In this document: positions 1 to 12,500 of the stretch, piece after piece
Layout: every line of letters begins with the position of its first letter
Numbering within the stretch: position 1 is the stretch's first letter
NCBI RefSeq assembly: GCF_004010195.1
Contig: NC_057719.1
Location: 67,539,048 to 67,603,047, forward strand
Length of the DNA stretch: 64,000 bases
Direction: 5' to 3'
From: Chiloscyllium plagiosum
Lineage: Eukaryota
Made by a program: the position numbers and the translations under genes
Notes under the pieces: generated by a model
What the model saw: only the letters and a program-made list of their open reading frames with translations
Database searches by the model: none
What the model was told of the DNA's origin: nothing

Positions 1-838
1 AGATAAGCCAATGGGCTGAGAAGTGACAGATGGAGTTTAATTCAGATAAATGCAAGGTGGTACATTTTGGGGAAGCAAATCTTAGCAGGACTTATACACT
101 TAATGGTAAGATCCTAGGGAGTGTTGCTGAACAAAGAGACCTTGGAGTGCAAGTTCATAGCTCCTTGAAAGTGGAGTCACAGGTAGATAGGATAGTGAAG
201 AAGGCATTTGGTGTGCTTTCCTTTATTGGTCAGAGTATTGAGTACAGGAGTTGCTGCGTGCTGCGCAGGGAGGTCGTGCTGCGGCTGTACAGGACATTGG
301 TTAGGCCACTTTTGGAATATTGCGTGCAATTCTGGTCTCCTTCTTTCTGAAGGATATTGTGAAACTTGAAAGGGTTCTGAAATGATTTACAAGGATGTTG
401 CCAGGGTTGGAGGGTTTGAGCTATAGGGAGAGGCTGAATAGATGAGGGCTGTTTCCCTGGAGCATTGGAGGCTGAGGGGTGACCTTATAGAGGTTTATAA
501 AATCATGAGGGGCATGGATAGGATAAATGGACAAGATCATTTCCCTGAGGTGGGGGAGTCCAGAACTAGAGGGCATAGGTTTAGGGTGAGAGGAGAAACC
601 TAACAGATAACTTTTTCATGCAGAGGGCGGTGAATGTGTGGAATGAGCTGCGAGAGGAAATAGTGGAGGCTAGTACAATTGCAACATTTAAAAGACATTT
701 GGTTAGGTATGTGAATAGGAAGGGTTTAAAGGGCAGTAATCTGGGTGCTGGCAGGTGGGACTAGATTGGATTGGGATATCTGGTGGGCATGGACAAGTTG
801 GAGTGAAGGGTCTGTTTCTGTGCTGTACATCTATGACT
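1..838 (+). mobile_element. CR1-clade LINE (HER1-type) 3' fragment: RT C-terminus and 3' UTR
   Basis: ORF 30-350 MEFNSDKCKVVHFG...LYRTLVRPLLEYCVQFWSP is typical of the CR1 ORF2 C-terminus; ends in the HER1/HE1-type tail TCTGTTTCTGTGCTGTACATCTATGACTC. Confidence 0.93.
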
Positions 839-854
839 CCTTGGGTGCTCCAGG

Positions 855-1357
855 TGTGATGCGCTGGTCAAACCACTTGGCTTTAAGCAAAACAGAGTTT
901 ATTTAAACATTACATTTGAAACATGAACAAAAGAAAATGGAATTTAGAATAACTTAACGATTGGGAAACTCAAGTGACTTGATACAGCAACTTAACTGAG
1001 GAGCTGTTCCAATTCCTGCAGCATTCCATAAACACACCTCTTAGTAAAAAGGTAAATTCAAACACAGATTCTTACAGGCAAGTGGGAACAGCATCCAAAG
1101 AGATATCCAAGAGAAAAGTCAATTAGGGATCATCTGCTGAAGCCTGGAACATTTCTCTAGACTGCAGCAGCTTCTCTGCTACAGCTAAACCAGCTGTGTC
1201 TCACTGTTACAACTAAATCAAACGAGAAAAAACCTGAACTGGGAGAACTAGTCACTCCCTTGTCATTGTTCGACATTTCATCACCTTTGTCTTTACGACC
1301 CCTCTTGAAAAACACCCAAGGACAAAATAACCTTTTTAAATTGACAGCACTGTCACC
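855..1357. mobile_element. Possible solo LTR or inverted-repeat-bounded element
   Basis: Imperfect inverted termini (GTGATGCGCTGGTCAA at left, TTGACAGCACTGTCAC at right), non-coding interior, AATAAA on the minus strand; no clear TSD. Confidence 0.3.
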
Positions 1358-2714
1358 ACTTTCCTCTTCAAAGTTCTTTAATTTGTTGCTGACTCTCAAA
1401 TCTGTGCCCATCTTTCCCAACATTCCTGGTCATAGGTGTGTAAGAATTGGGACCAAATAACATCACTGATCTTTTATATAATCAAAATCACACAAAAAAT
1501 ATAATGCTTAATTTCACAACTTACTTCTGTTCTCAAAAGGTAAAAATAAATGCATTAAAATTATTGAAACTACAGCTGCTAAATAGGTGGTCATATAATC
1601 GGTGGCTTGGAAATTGTAGGAATGTATCATAATAGAATTTGGCACAGGCGATCAACTGGTCTATCACAGTTAAGAGGCCATTTAAGCTTCCTGATGAAAA
1701 TGTTGTGATTGATGAAAACATTAAACTAATTGGCCAATACTGTTTGCTGTCATATATGCAATCAGAAGATGGACATGCAACATAATAGGGGGAGACTGAA
1801 AGTGCCCCGTAAAGATGAGAGCATCCTGATGTACCATTAATTGTACACTGTAGTCTCAAACATGCGCATCTGCCTAACACCAATCTGGCTGCATTTTGCC
1901 ATTACATTTGTTTGAAGAAGATAAAGTATCAAACTTATGGCAGATATTGATTAAAAGCAAGGAAGTACAGTGAAGAACTCGCAGACCATTAGATGTCTGT
2001 TCTTTGCAACTTGGCTGATGCAAATGTGTTCAACTAATAGCTCAGCAGAACTTCACAAAGCTAAGTGATCTTTAGTCAGGTGATTTAGGATTCCTTCTTC
2101 TTCCAAATAAAAACCATTTTATAACAGCAAAATAAAAGTGAAAGAAAAGAAAATTGTGTCACCAACTTTCTTCTATAGAAATGAATAAATTTACATGAAA
2201 TTTGGGACATTTGTTACATTTTCAGAAATCTTGGAGAGAAATTGATTTTTGTGGCATCTGTTTTCTAGCTAAAGTTGTTGCCTCAAACTGGCAACACATT
2301 ATGCCAAACATTTACTAGACTTATCGGGTGATGTCTGAGAGTCAGTTTCGGAAAACTTTGTAGGGGATTAAAAAGCTTAAGAGAGATAAAAAGAACAAAT
2401 TCTGAGGCAAGATATCCAGCATCTGGTGGGTGACTGAAATTACATTTAAACCCTAATTGTGCTCGCAATTAAAACACACTATCTGTAGTTGAAATTTGTT
2501 AGTGCACAATCACAACAGTTGTTAAAGAGGTCTGCACAAATTTGACCCTTGGGCCTCAAATTTATATTTGTGATCTTCACATCAAAGTCACAAGAACAAG
2601 TTTGGGGAGATACCTCACTCGTGTTGTCCAAAAGATTAATAGGGAGGGAAAAATTAGGGTATGAGAGAAAGTTAGCTAGAAATATAATATAAGATAGCAT
2701 AGGCTTCTATTGAT

Positions 2715-3180
2715 ATTTGAAAAAGAGAAGAGTCAACATTAAGAGTTTTGGTCCTGTAATAAGTGAGATTGGAGAATTAATAATGGAAATTTTGGATTTG
2801 ACAAATGAATTGAACATATTAACATATAATTGAATTATATTAACCTTCACTGTGGAGGATGTTCGTAATATCCCATAAATAGCTGTGAATAGAAAATAGA
2901 AGAAGTGAGGAACACAAGAAAATTACTGTCCCTAGAAATGTATTACTGAGCAGATTATTTGAAGCTTTGCACTGACAAGTTCTTCATCCTTCATTCTTAA
3001 AAGAAATGGCTAGTGAAAAAGTTAATGCCTTGGCTTTAATTTTCTCAATTTCCCTATTTTCAGGAAAGGTCCATAGATGAAATGGCTATTGTAACCTTTC
3101 ATTCTAAAAGTGTGGGAGACAAAAATCAGGAAACTGCAGGATAAAATCAGTCATAATAGGGACTTTAGAAGCTACTATTA
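2715..3180 (+). mobile_element. Old degraded CR1 LINE ORF2 fragment (region upstream of RT)
   Basis: Remnants resembling CR1 ORF2 (TTCACTGTGGAGGAT, AAAGAAATGGCTAGTGAA...GCCTTGGCTTTAATTTTC, CAGGAAACTGCAGG) with many stops and indels. Confidence 0.6.
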
Positions 3181-3700
3181 AAGCAGTTGAAATAAATAAA
3201 AAGCCAACTTCTGCTTTCAATTTTCTATACAATAAAGACTCCTCTCACATAGTTCCAATATATGTAATACATCCTGCACAAATATGGCATCACATGTCAT
3301 CTCATAGTCTTTTCAACTTTGTGTTGTAAGATCTCTTAGTCCCCAACTAATTGTTTCAACCTTTTAGTTGCATTCAATAGCAGCTGTATTGTATCTGAAG
3401 TCCTTAGACACAATAACTATTGACAAGGTGCATATCCATGAACCCTTTCTCGTTCAGGTTATTTCAGTCCTGATGGTGCAGACTAACTACAGACTCTCTT
3501 CTCCAACACCTTTAAATGTTTGCTAAGCTCTGGCACCACATCAACAGTAGCAATGAGTATTGTGCAATCCACAATCTCTCACTCTTCCTTTCTTCTGTAA
3601 GCTATTCTTTTCAAAAGCTCACTCTGCACTCCACTCTCAGAGACCTATTTCAACACCAGTATATGTTTAAAGACAGCCAAATAGGAAACTATTCCAATGT

Positions 3701-3720
3701 GGGGGGGGGGGGGGGGGGGG
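3701..3720 (+). repeat. Poly-G tract (G20)
   Basis: 20 consecutive G. Confidence 0.95.
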
Positions 3721-6231
3721 AGTTGGCTGTTTTCTCTTTGTCCAAATTCAAAGTCTTCCAAACTACCAAACAGGAAAACAGGCTGATCCTTCTCCCTGTT
3801 TGCTATTTACCTTTTACTTCTTAGCTGTCTATCCCCATGGCATCCCAAGTCACAATGCATTTCTTGGAGCCTAATGATGTCATAAGCAGGAAACCAAATC
3901 GACTCTTTCAAAATACCCAACACATTTTGTTCGGAAAAGACATTGCACAAGACAAAATGTAAGCTTTTCCCAACATATGGTTATCACATCGTGTTAAATA
4001 GCCACCATGCATGCCCAAAATTGCCCAACATAATGGGGTAGATATATTTTCCGACCCTTGAACAATGAGCTGTTTCCCACTAAAATTAGACTTTTTTTGT
4101 TTTACTCTTGGTGCAATAGTGGCCATTTTTGCCCCTTACATAGCTTAACTGAAACTGCCTCACAATTGGGTAGCCTGCAATTTATGTGATATGCTCTTTC
4201 AAAATAATTGAGCTTTGAGAGAAAAACAAGAATCAGAGCTCTTTCTTACTGGATGTCACAATAAAACTTGCCAAATTAAAATAGGAAAAAAGTAAGTCTC
4301 TAATGGAACATTGTCCCATTATTCAGACAGCCCACACATCAAGCCAAGCTCCCAGCAGCATTTAAACTCTGCCAAACTCTGTGGGTGAGCTTAACTAGTT
4401 GTACTCCAGGTCATTAAACAAAGAAGAATAAAAAAAACCTCAAAAGAATAAGAATTAATAGAAATAATTGATATAAGTAGAAATGGAATAAACTGTGTTT
4501 TTTCCCTTAGCACATCATTGAAATATCTTAAAGCAGTTCAAAAAAAAATTACGTTTTGACGTTCATTGTTATGTGCCAATATAGATATGAAGACCACCAT
4601 AGGGAACAGCATGGAATATAACAAAGTAGCACAATATTTGTGTCCCCTGATAACTAAGAGTAATACGGTAATACAAATTCTGGCTGTGAATAACATGGGA
4701 GGGAATGCATTGAAAGATTAAGGTTGTTAATTTATTTTTAATTGAACTTTTTGCATTCTGTTACCTTATTAATCATTGTCATTTTATAATTTTGGGAAGT
4801 ATAAAACACAATTCTTAATTCTTTGTTTTTGCAATGTAGATTCAGATAATTTAAAATACTATTCACAGTATTATTGATAAATAATGGGAACACTAGAGAG
4901 CAGGAAAGCTGCATTGTAGCCCCAGGCACAACCACATTCATATGTGCATTTGTGTTCTCAATGAGTTAAGAAAGCAATAACACAAGCTGGCTTTGCAACC
5001 CCATCTCTCATCTAGTGATAGAATTGCTGCCCATAGATACTGAAAAACTAACACGAAAACATTGTACAAATCACTTATTGAACTCAAGACCTTGAATAGG
5101 ATGAGCCAATCAAAACGTCATCACGTAAAGGAAAAAAGTATCCATGTCCAATATTTGAAAGGGGTGATGGAAGTAGAATTAACAGTGTCATATGCATTGT
5201 AATAATATCTAAAAGGTTAAGTGAATCAAGAACATAGAAATATGTTGGTCTTTTGCTTGATTTTATGAACATGTTGCTAATGCTCAGTAAGCACCTAAAT
5301 GGAAGTGTAAATATTTGGTACAGTGTTAAAGAAAGATGTTACATCTGCAGTCCTAAATCACTATGGACCTAAAATTGTGCACAACAAAATCAGGGTATGC
5401 AATGAATACCATGAAAATTTAATGTATGAAATGAGTGACAACAACTTGCTACTTTTATATATTGCAAACTGCAAATTTTTCTAACAATTGATAATAATGA
5501 AAGATCGAGAAGTATCATCTTAAAACTGACTGTGCCCCAGAACAGACTGCCTTTGAACAATCCACATCATTTTCAATTTTAAATTACCATTGAAAGGGTA
5601 GAGTGCATCCTCGAAAATTAGTCTGCTCTCTAATTAACGCACTCCAACATGACAATGAGTACAGTTTCAGCTTGGCTAGGCAGGCCAGTCAAGCAGGAGG
5701 AAATGACTGAAGGACTCGGAGAGACTATCCCCCCGCCTTTTTCTTCTGTTCACAGAAGCTTAAGTCCAATTAGGCCAGTTAATCTTCCTAAGACCACTGG
5801 AGAGTAAGGGTATTAGAAATTTTGACAGCAACTGAGGGGACAAATACAAAAGGCAAGTTTATTTTCAGTAGGAGCAGGCAGTCTGAAGATTGCTTTACCT
5901 CTACAGTAAGCATATGCAGGTCATTTATGGTGGTGATTCTGTCATCCACATTATCAATGCTTTATAATTGTTCTTTCAGTGACTTTTATGTGTTTCTCCA
6001 TTCTTGCATGATCTAATCTCACCAGATTAATTGAAAACTAAACATCAGGGAATTTTGTAAATCCACTTACTCTGCCCTTTTCCCTCCAAATAGAGTTTGC
6101 AGGGTAAAACTTTTGACTGCTTTGCAAAAACTGAAAAGATACCAAGTATGCATTCTGTCCATTATTCGACAAGGCCCATCAAAGGTAAAGACTAATTCAG
6201 AATTTCTGTTATCTCTTTGGAATGAAACACT

Positions 6232-6560
6232 GGGCTGAATCTTACCAGACATCTTTGAGTTTTGATGAGCTTCATGAATGGTTTCTCTCTGTGAGCCCCA
6301 GTTATTATTTCAGCACTCTCACCCAAACTTAGCTCATTATCTTTGCACCATACCCGTTCTGTTGGATACTTCCCTTCCCCACTAGTGGAAAAACTGATCA
6401 CTGCTGGGCTCTCCCAGGACTCCTGGAGCCAGTGCCATCTTTAAGTCCGTGAGTGATCTTCATAGTTAATTTTATTTGCTGCGGACATGTTGAACAGAGG
6501 GTAAATGGCACCCTACATTGCCTGATAGGGACCCGCTGGATGAATAAGGCTGGGGGTGGG
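6232..6560 (+). mobile_element. Probable end of a non-autonomous DNA transposon (Harbinger-like terminus)
   Basis: Starts GGGCTGAATCTTACC, the reverse-complement type of GGTAAGATTCCACCC (59751-59766) and GGTAAGATTCACCTC (~31086-31100). Confidence 0.35.
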
Positions 6561-6829
6561 GAATACATGTGATTGCTGCTCATGGAGCATGCCGTCAGGT
6601 GTTAGTGCACTACTCACTGGTGAGGATCATGGCTCATTGTTTAACCTGGTTGGAAAATGGGACCTTTTGCTCTTCGTGGTGGAAATCTTTTTCACTGGGC
6701 ATTCTCACACAATTCTCCTAACTTTCTCAAAAGCCCACATCATTCAAGGGTGCGTCTTTAAGGGATGAAATAAATGTAGAAAAGTGAAGCTTGATTGGCC
6801 AAATGGCCATTCATTTCATGTTTTCATAT

Positions 6830-7475
6830 TCAGAAGAACAGAGGGATCTTGAGGTGATTGTTCACAGATCCCTGAAGGTGGTAGGACAGGTTAACAGGAT
6901 AGTTAAGAAGGCAGATGGGATGTTTGTATTTATCATTCATTACATAGATTATAAGAGTAAGGAGATTATGTTAGACCTGTCCAGAACTTTATTTAGGCCA
7001 CAACTAGAGTACTGTATGTAGTCCTGGTCATTGCACTATAGGAAGGATTTGAATGCATTAGGAGGGGTGCAGAGGAGATTCACCAGGATGTTGCCTTGGT
7101 TGGAGAATTTCAGCTGGATAATCTCAGGTTGATTTTTTGTTTGGTGCAGAGAAAGTTGGGGGGGGGGCATGGACAGGAATAGAAAACAGCTGTTCCCCTT
7201 AGTTGCATAATTTTAAAGAGAAAGGCAATAGTTTCAGAGGGAATTTGAGGGAAAACATTTTCATTTAGAAGGTGGTAGCAGTCTGGAATACACTACCTGG
7301 GAGAGTAGTTGAGGTTAGAAGCCTCATAACCTTTAAAAGGTGAGCACTTTAAGTCTCTTAATGTTGCTATGGGCTTAGTTTGGGAAAGTCAGACTAGTGT
7401 TGCTAGTAGTGAATTTTTGATGGTACAGACTTGATGGGCTGAAGGGCCTATTATGTACTATATGCTTCTATAATT
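6830..7475 (+). mobile_element. CR1 LINE 3' fragment
   Basis: ORF 6791-7021 contains EQRDLEVIVHRSLKV...RTLFRPQLEYC; CR1 3' UTR ending GGGCTGAAGGGCC...TATGCTTCTAT. Confidence 0.9.
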
Positions 7476-7599
7476 GTATAGTGATCTACATCAACATTCT
7501 ACACTGTTTAAAGGCAATGGATAGAATATTATAGGGTAACATGGGCTATAGCAAGATGCCTGGCAAATTGGGTGACAAGTGCTGTGAGACCCATATCAA

Positions 7600-8330
7600 C
7601 ATTGGAAGCAACTCGTACCATCTTTTATGTTTCTCAACAAGCGGTGTGGTGAGATTCCCAACAGGCAGTGGTAAGATGCCAATTGATGAGGATTAAAACT
7701 TGTTAAATATCATGTTATTGGCACAATTTACCTCATTAATCACCTTCTATCTTATTTAAATTTCCAAATAAGCTAGATGTCAGGAAATGCAAGAAGGAAA
7801 TCAAAGCAAGCAGGTTCAGCTTGTCACTTGTTCCAAATGGTCTCCCTTTTGGAAACTGGGCACCAATATCTCTTGGCACACTTAATGGGCACTGGGCCAC
7901 AAACACTCTACATCCATGGACATTGGCATCTGACTTATGTCAATCTCCAATCCACAATACTTCTATACTTCACTGTCAAATCTCAGGCCGCACCAACAGC
8001 TATCAGCTTATAGCTACAGCAAGGACAATGTGCATTCAGGGACAACTCATGGACTGGACCAGGATGTATCTCTGGGTCCTTCACTTGCTCTCATTGTTCA
8101 CACTCATTTTGAGCCTACCTGGATGCTCACAGCACCCTTGTCATGTATGGCCTTGCCTTTTTGCTCATTGTCCCCTCAGTCAGCGATGCCAAGTTCATAT
8201 TACTGCATACTGCTTCGTGCAGAAACCAAGTCAGCTTATCAGCAGGTGTCTATCAAATCAAGGGAATATCATTTACACAGAGCTCACCTTACTGCATGGG
8301 GACTCTAAGTTGAGAAAACGCGCAGAACAG
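7600..8330 (+). mobile_element. Interspersed repeat, probably Harbinger-derived (copies at ~28.3-29.6, 29.9-30.6 and 59.2-59.5 kb)
   Basis: Shared blocks AGCTAGATGTCAGGAAA and CATTGGCATCTGAC...TCTCCAAT recur in the other copies. Confidence 0.5.
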
Positions 8331-8708
8331 TCAGAGTCAGGATTCTTTCCTTATAAGGGGCGAGGAGCCAAATTGTATCACCTTATTTGAGTCTTTTTGC
8401 CATATTGTAATCTGTTTTCCTCCTGCAATGAGTGATTGGCACTTATTAGGGAGATGAAAGTGGATAATATAGCTAATACTGTTGGTGCACGTGGGAAGTA
8501 CGTAGACAGATTGAGTAGATACTGCGAATTGCACATGGGGTTTGTGATATCAGGGGTTGGGATGGGTGACAGTGAGTAGGGAAAGTGTTGCAGTCAATAG
8601 TGAGTGTGAGCATAAGCAGTGATGAGAGATGGGTTCAGCAGCAGGAAATAGAGAGTGTAAGGTATCAGAGAGAGCAAGGTGGCACTTACATTGGCAAAGT
8701 GAAGTAGG

Positions 8709-9296
8709 CAGGATGTTGCCTAGGATGGAAGGTTTTGGTTATGGGAAAAGACTGGATAGCTGGTTTTGTTTTCCCTGGAGCAGAGTAGGCTGAGGGTTAG
8801 GGTAAACAAAATCATGAAGCACAGACAGGGTAGATCATGAGAATCTTTTCCCCATGGCGGATGTATCTAAGACCAAAGGCATTAGTTTAAGGAAAGTAAT
8901 AATTAGTTTGGAGGGATTCTGAGGAAAAATGTTTTACGTCAGAGAATGGTAGAAATATGGAATGCACTTCCTGAGCAGGTGGAGGAGTCAAGTACTCTCA
9001 CAATGTATAAGAAGTATCTGGATGAGCCCTTAAAATGCTAGGGCAGAGTTGGCTATGCACCAAATGCAGGTAAATGGAATAGGTATAGCTTGCCTCTGAT
9101 GAAGAGTCATCTAAACTCCAAAGATTAGTTTGCTTTCTCTCCACAGCTGCTGCCTGACCCACTGTGATATTCAGCATTTTTTATTTTCAGTTCAGATTCC
9201 AGCATCTGCAATAATTTCCTCCTAGCTTGCTGATGGTTAGTAAGCAGAGACACAGTGAGTCAAAGGGACTGTTCCTAAGCTGTATTACTCTATGAC
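8709..9296 (+). mobile_element. CR1 LINE 3' fragment, interrupted by an HHR mini-element
   Basis: CAGGATGTTGCCTAGGATGGAAGG...CCCTGGAGCAGAG...; tail GTTCCTAAGCTGTATTACTCTATGAC. Confidence 0.88.
9094..9222 (+). mobile_element. Short PLE-derived element with degenerate hammerhead motif
   Basis: CTGATGA-AGAGT-CATCTAA-ACTC-CAAAGATT at 9096-9126; family body GCTGCCTGACC...TTCCAGCATCTGCA; TSD TAGCTTGC at 9086-9093 and 9223-9230. Confidence 0.75.
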
Positions 9297-9985
9297 ATTG
9301 TCCTTCTCCCTACAGTGCTGTGTATTCCTCCTGATGGCTGAGACTGCACGAACCTAGGTGGCAACCCTGGACCAGGCTGACATGACCTGGTGTGGTTACA
9401 TCCACTGCTGGTCTTGAGAGAGGATGTCCCACCTTGTTCAGCAGGACCTTCAGAACCTCCTCACAATGCAGGACATCATGCCTCCCTGTTAGCCATGTCA
9501 AGAACAAATGTCAGAAACCACACGGCGCAGCTTGGGAGTGACAGTACTTGTCCAATAGGCTTTTAAAAATGGCGCAGCACAAGAGATGTTGGTGATATCA
9601 TCTGAGTGGCAAATTGTTTTGGTAATGGCGTGTGGTGAGATGGGGAGGAAATCGAACAAGAAAGACATTATGTGGGCATGATAGATGATTGATGAGGCGA
9701 GGTTGGTAATATGGAATAGAATTGAATCCCCACAGTGTGGAAACAAGCCATTTGGCCCAACTAGTCCACACCAACCCTCCAAAGAGTTTCCCACTCAACC
9801 AATCCATCTACTCTATCCCTGAATTTCCCAGGCTAATGCACCTAATCTACACATTCTTGAACACTATGGGTAATTTAGCATAGCCAATCTGCCTGACTTC
9901 AGATCTTTGGACAGTGGGAGAAAACCTGAGCACCCAACAGAAATCCAAACAGACACAGGGAAAACATGCAAACTTCTCACAGACA

Positions 9986-10973
9986 AAGTTAAAAATCACA
10001 CAACACAAGGTTAAAGTCCACCAGGTTAAAGTCCAACAGGTTTAATTGGAAGCACACTAGCTTTTGGAGCATCGCTCCTTCATCAGGTGGTAGTGGAGGG
10101 CTCAATCTTAACACAGAATTTATAGCAAAAATTTACAGTGTGATATAACTGAAATTATACATTGAAAAATTGATTGTTTGTTAAGCCTTTCATCTGTTAG
10201 AATACTGTGATAGTTTCAATTCTTTCATGTGTAAATCACAAAATCTTTTTTTAAAAAAGTTGCATTCTTGGGTTAGCTGTTAACATTGGCTGTTAACATT
10301 GGCTAGACAATATGTTGAAGGTGTTGACCCCCTGTGTTCTCTGTCTATGCCATGATGTTTAGATTGATTCTAATCTAAAAAGAGAGATAATGGAGTTTTA
10401 CATGAATTCATGCAGTTTTTGAGCTCAGAGTTCTACATGAATCCATGCAGTTTTTGAGCAAAGTAGAATGTAACCCTGCAAGTACAAATTCACCCTATAA
10501 AATATATGTGTGCATGTGGGTCGTTGTCTGTGTATGTGTGTCTGTCTGGGTTGGGAGTTGTGAGTGTGAGAAAGTGTATGCGTGTGTGTAGTGAGTGCAG
10601 AGTGTCTTAAGTCTGTGAGGGGGTACACGTGTGAGTGTGGGAGTGTGTGTGTCTGTAAGGGTGTATGTGGTGCCTGTGTGCGCGTCTGTGTATATGTGTG
10701 TCCGTGCGTATGTGTATAGGAGTGCCTGTGTGTGTGTGTGAGAGTGTGTGTGTGTAGGAGCATCTGTGAGTATGTATAGTGCAATGGTGGTCACCTGTAT
10801 TGTGTCATGAACCCAAGGTCCTGGTTGAGGCCCTCCCTATGGGTACCGAACTTAGCTATCAGCTATCTGCTATCTGCTATTAGCTATCTGCTCGGCCACT
10901 TTTCTCTGTTGCCTGTCCCAAGGTCCACCTTGGAGGATGGTCACCCAAAGGTTCGGCATCTCCAAATCATTCC
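9986..10973 (-). mobile_element. 5'-truncated Penelope-like element (Neptune-like): GIY-YIG C-terminus, CA-rich 3' UTR, pseudo-LTR with hammerhead
   Basis: Minus strand ~10950-10790 reads LWVTILQGGPWDRQQRKVAEQ..LIAKFGTHREGLNQDLGFMTQYR*; (GT)-rich tract 10500-10780; HHR motif 10055-10089; flanking duplication CACAGACA at 9978-9985 and 10974-10981. Confidence 0.85.
10055..10089 (-). ncRNA. Minimal type I hammerhead ribozyme motif (core G-to-A mutated)
   Basis: CAC-CTGATGA-A-GGAGC-GAT-GCTCC-AAAAGCTA-GTG. Confidence 0.7.
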
Positions 10974-11606
10974 CACAGACAGTTACCCAAGAGTGGAATC
11001 AAACCCGGATCCCTGGTGCTGTGAGGCAGCAATGCTAACCACTGAGCCACCGTGCCACCCCAGGGTAGGATAAGAGAATTCACGAGGCTTCACAGCAACA
11101 AACTCTGCAAAAACTCAACACAACTCAGACTTATCCAAAAGAGGGGGAGATTCCGCCCAGTGAAACAAAACATCACAAGATTTACCTGTCTTCTGGACAA
11201 TATTTCCTGCCCAATGTACTCTTTGCTCCTGTCTACAGCAACATGATGGGTTCCAGTGATGGCATGTGTTGTGTAGCAGTTTTCACTTTTAGCTACAAGT
11301 TAAGAACATTTAGATGTCATTGGGCAAGATGACTGTTATAAATAGTCCTGCTGCTGAATAATGACACTCTTGCTCACCTCAGTTGTCCCATGAGTTGAAG
11401 GGAATAAATCCATAATATTTATTACACATTTTCAATGACCTGCATAACCATTGGGCATACTTTGGCAATTTTCTATCAATAGTTATTGAGCGCATTTGTA
11501 ATATATGAAGAACTGCCAAGTCAAAAGTCATCTTATCAAAATTATCTCAACTTGGAGATTCATATTATTTCCTTTAGGACATTTACTTTTGCCTGTATCT
11601 TATTCT

Positions 11607-11773
11607 AGGAGAAAGTGAGGACTGCAGATGCTGGAGATCAGAGCTGAAAGACATGTTGCTGGAAAAGCGCAGCAGGTCAGGCAGCATCCAAGGAGCAGGA
11701 GAATCGACGTTTCAGCAGAAGCCCTTCTTCAGCCCTTATCCTGCACTTTTCCAGCAACACATTTTTTTTAGCT
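11607..11773 (-). mobile_element. HHR-bearing PLE-derived mini-element with partial inverted arm
   Basis: Minus-strand CTGAAGA-AGGGC-TTCT-GCT-GAAACGTC at ~11706-11732; inverted arm CTTTTCCAGCAACACA; 14-bp TSD CTGTATCTTATTCT at 11593-11606 and 11774-11787. Confidence 0.88.
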
Positions 11774-12319
11774 CTGTATCTTATTCTGTTTGTTTGTAAA
11801 CAATACACCTCAAAAACTAATGGATGGATTTCAATGTGAATTAGTGCCCAGACAGGGCAAAGTCTGAGGACAAACATTCATTTTTGGTAAAGATACAGTT
11901 CCAAACCCTGAATTATTTTAAGGGAGCTGTTAAAATTGGGAGACAGAATTGATCTTTTTGGATTTCATGAGTTGTTTGATTTAGAATGTTGAAGATGGTT
12001 TAGAATCTTGTGGATTGTTGCAGTCGCTGAAGAATTTATTACAACTTGCAAAGTATGAGCAGAGTTTGCATAGTCAGGTTTTTGAATGTGGATTGGCCCT
12101 AAGCTTGATGAGTGAGATGAGAGCTTTAATAATATTTTTAAAAATATTTTTTCAGAGTATCAACTAGGCAGGGAAGATTCTCGGGAAAGAATGATGTAAT
12201 TGTAATAATTTAGAGTTAACAAAGAGTAGTGAAGGTAAAACTCTATTGTTTACCCTCTTTACTTTTCTTATCTGTGTAGTCTTTTTGTATGTTATTTGCA
12301 TATAAGTTGTGAGTTGGAG

Positions 12320-12500
12320 AATAGAAAAGCTGAAGCTGCTGCTTATACTCAGCAAGCCTAGCAGCATAGGCGGAGAGATATGCAAAGTTAATATTTCAAG
12401 TTGGGATATGATTCTTCTTCAGAATTCTCTCAGTTCTGAATCATATTCAACTTGAGTAATGCTAGACATTCTGAATATTTCTAGCACTGCAGATTTTCAT
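12320..12500 (-). mobile_element. Old degraded HHR-type palindromic mini-element
   Basis: Minus-strand CTGAAGAAGAATCATATCCCAACTTGAAATATT; internal inversion CAAGTTGGGATATGATTC / GAATCATATTCAACTTG. Confidence 0.55.

Larger units (their letters stand above)
8690..9496 (-). pseudogene. PIF/Harbinger Myb/SANT-like DNA-binding ORF relic, split by a CR1 insertion
   Basis: Minus strand reads EEVLKVLLNKV...AWSRVAT*VRAVSAIRRNTQHCREKDNV (9496-9295), resuming as LLHFAN followed by a GTAAGT donor at 8689; matches the W..VA..V.AVS...R...QCRKK.NDL pattern. Confidence 0.65.
9715..11061 (-). mobile_element. HE1-type tRNA-derived SINE, split by a Penelope-like insertion (parts 9715-9985 and 10974-11061)
   Basis: A/B-box head GGGTGGCACGGTGGCTCAGTGGTTAGCA...GGGTTTGATTCC on the minus strand; body and tail match the SINEs at 23776 and 53378. 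Confidence 0.92.

Noticed and set aside
7777..8390. Overlapping ORFs up to 189 aa
   Set aside because: They lie in a decayed interspersed repeat with no recognisable domain, and frames are not conserved among copies.
10425..10794. His/Thr-rich ORFs
   Set aside because: Translation of the (CA)-rich microsatellite-like PLE 3' UTR.
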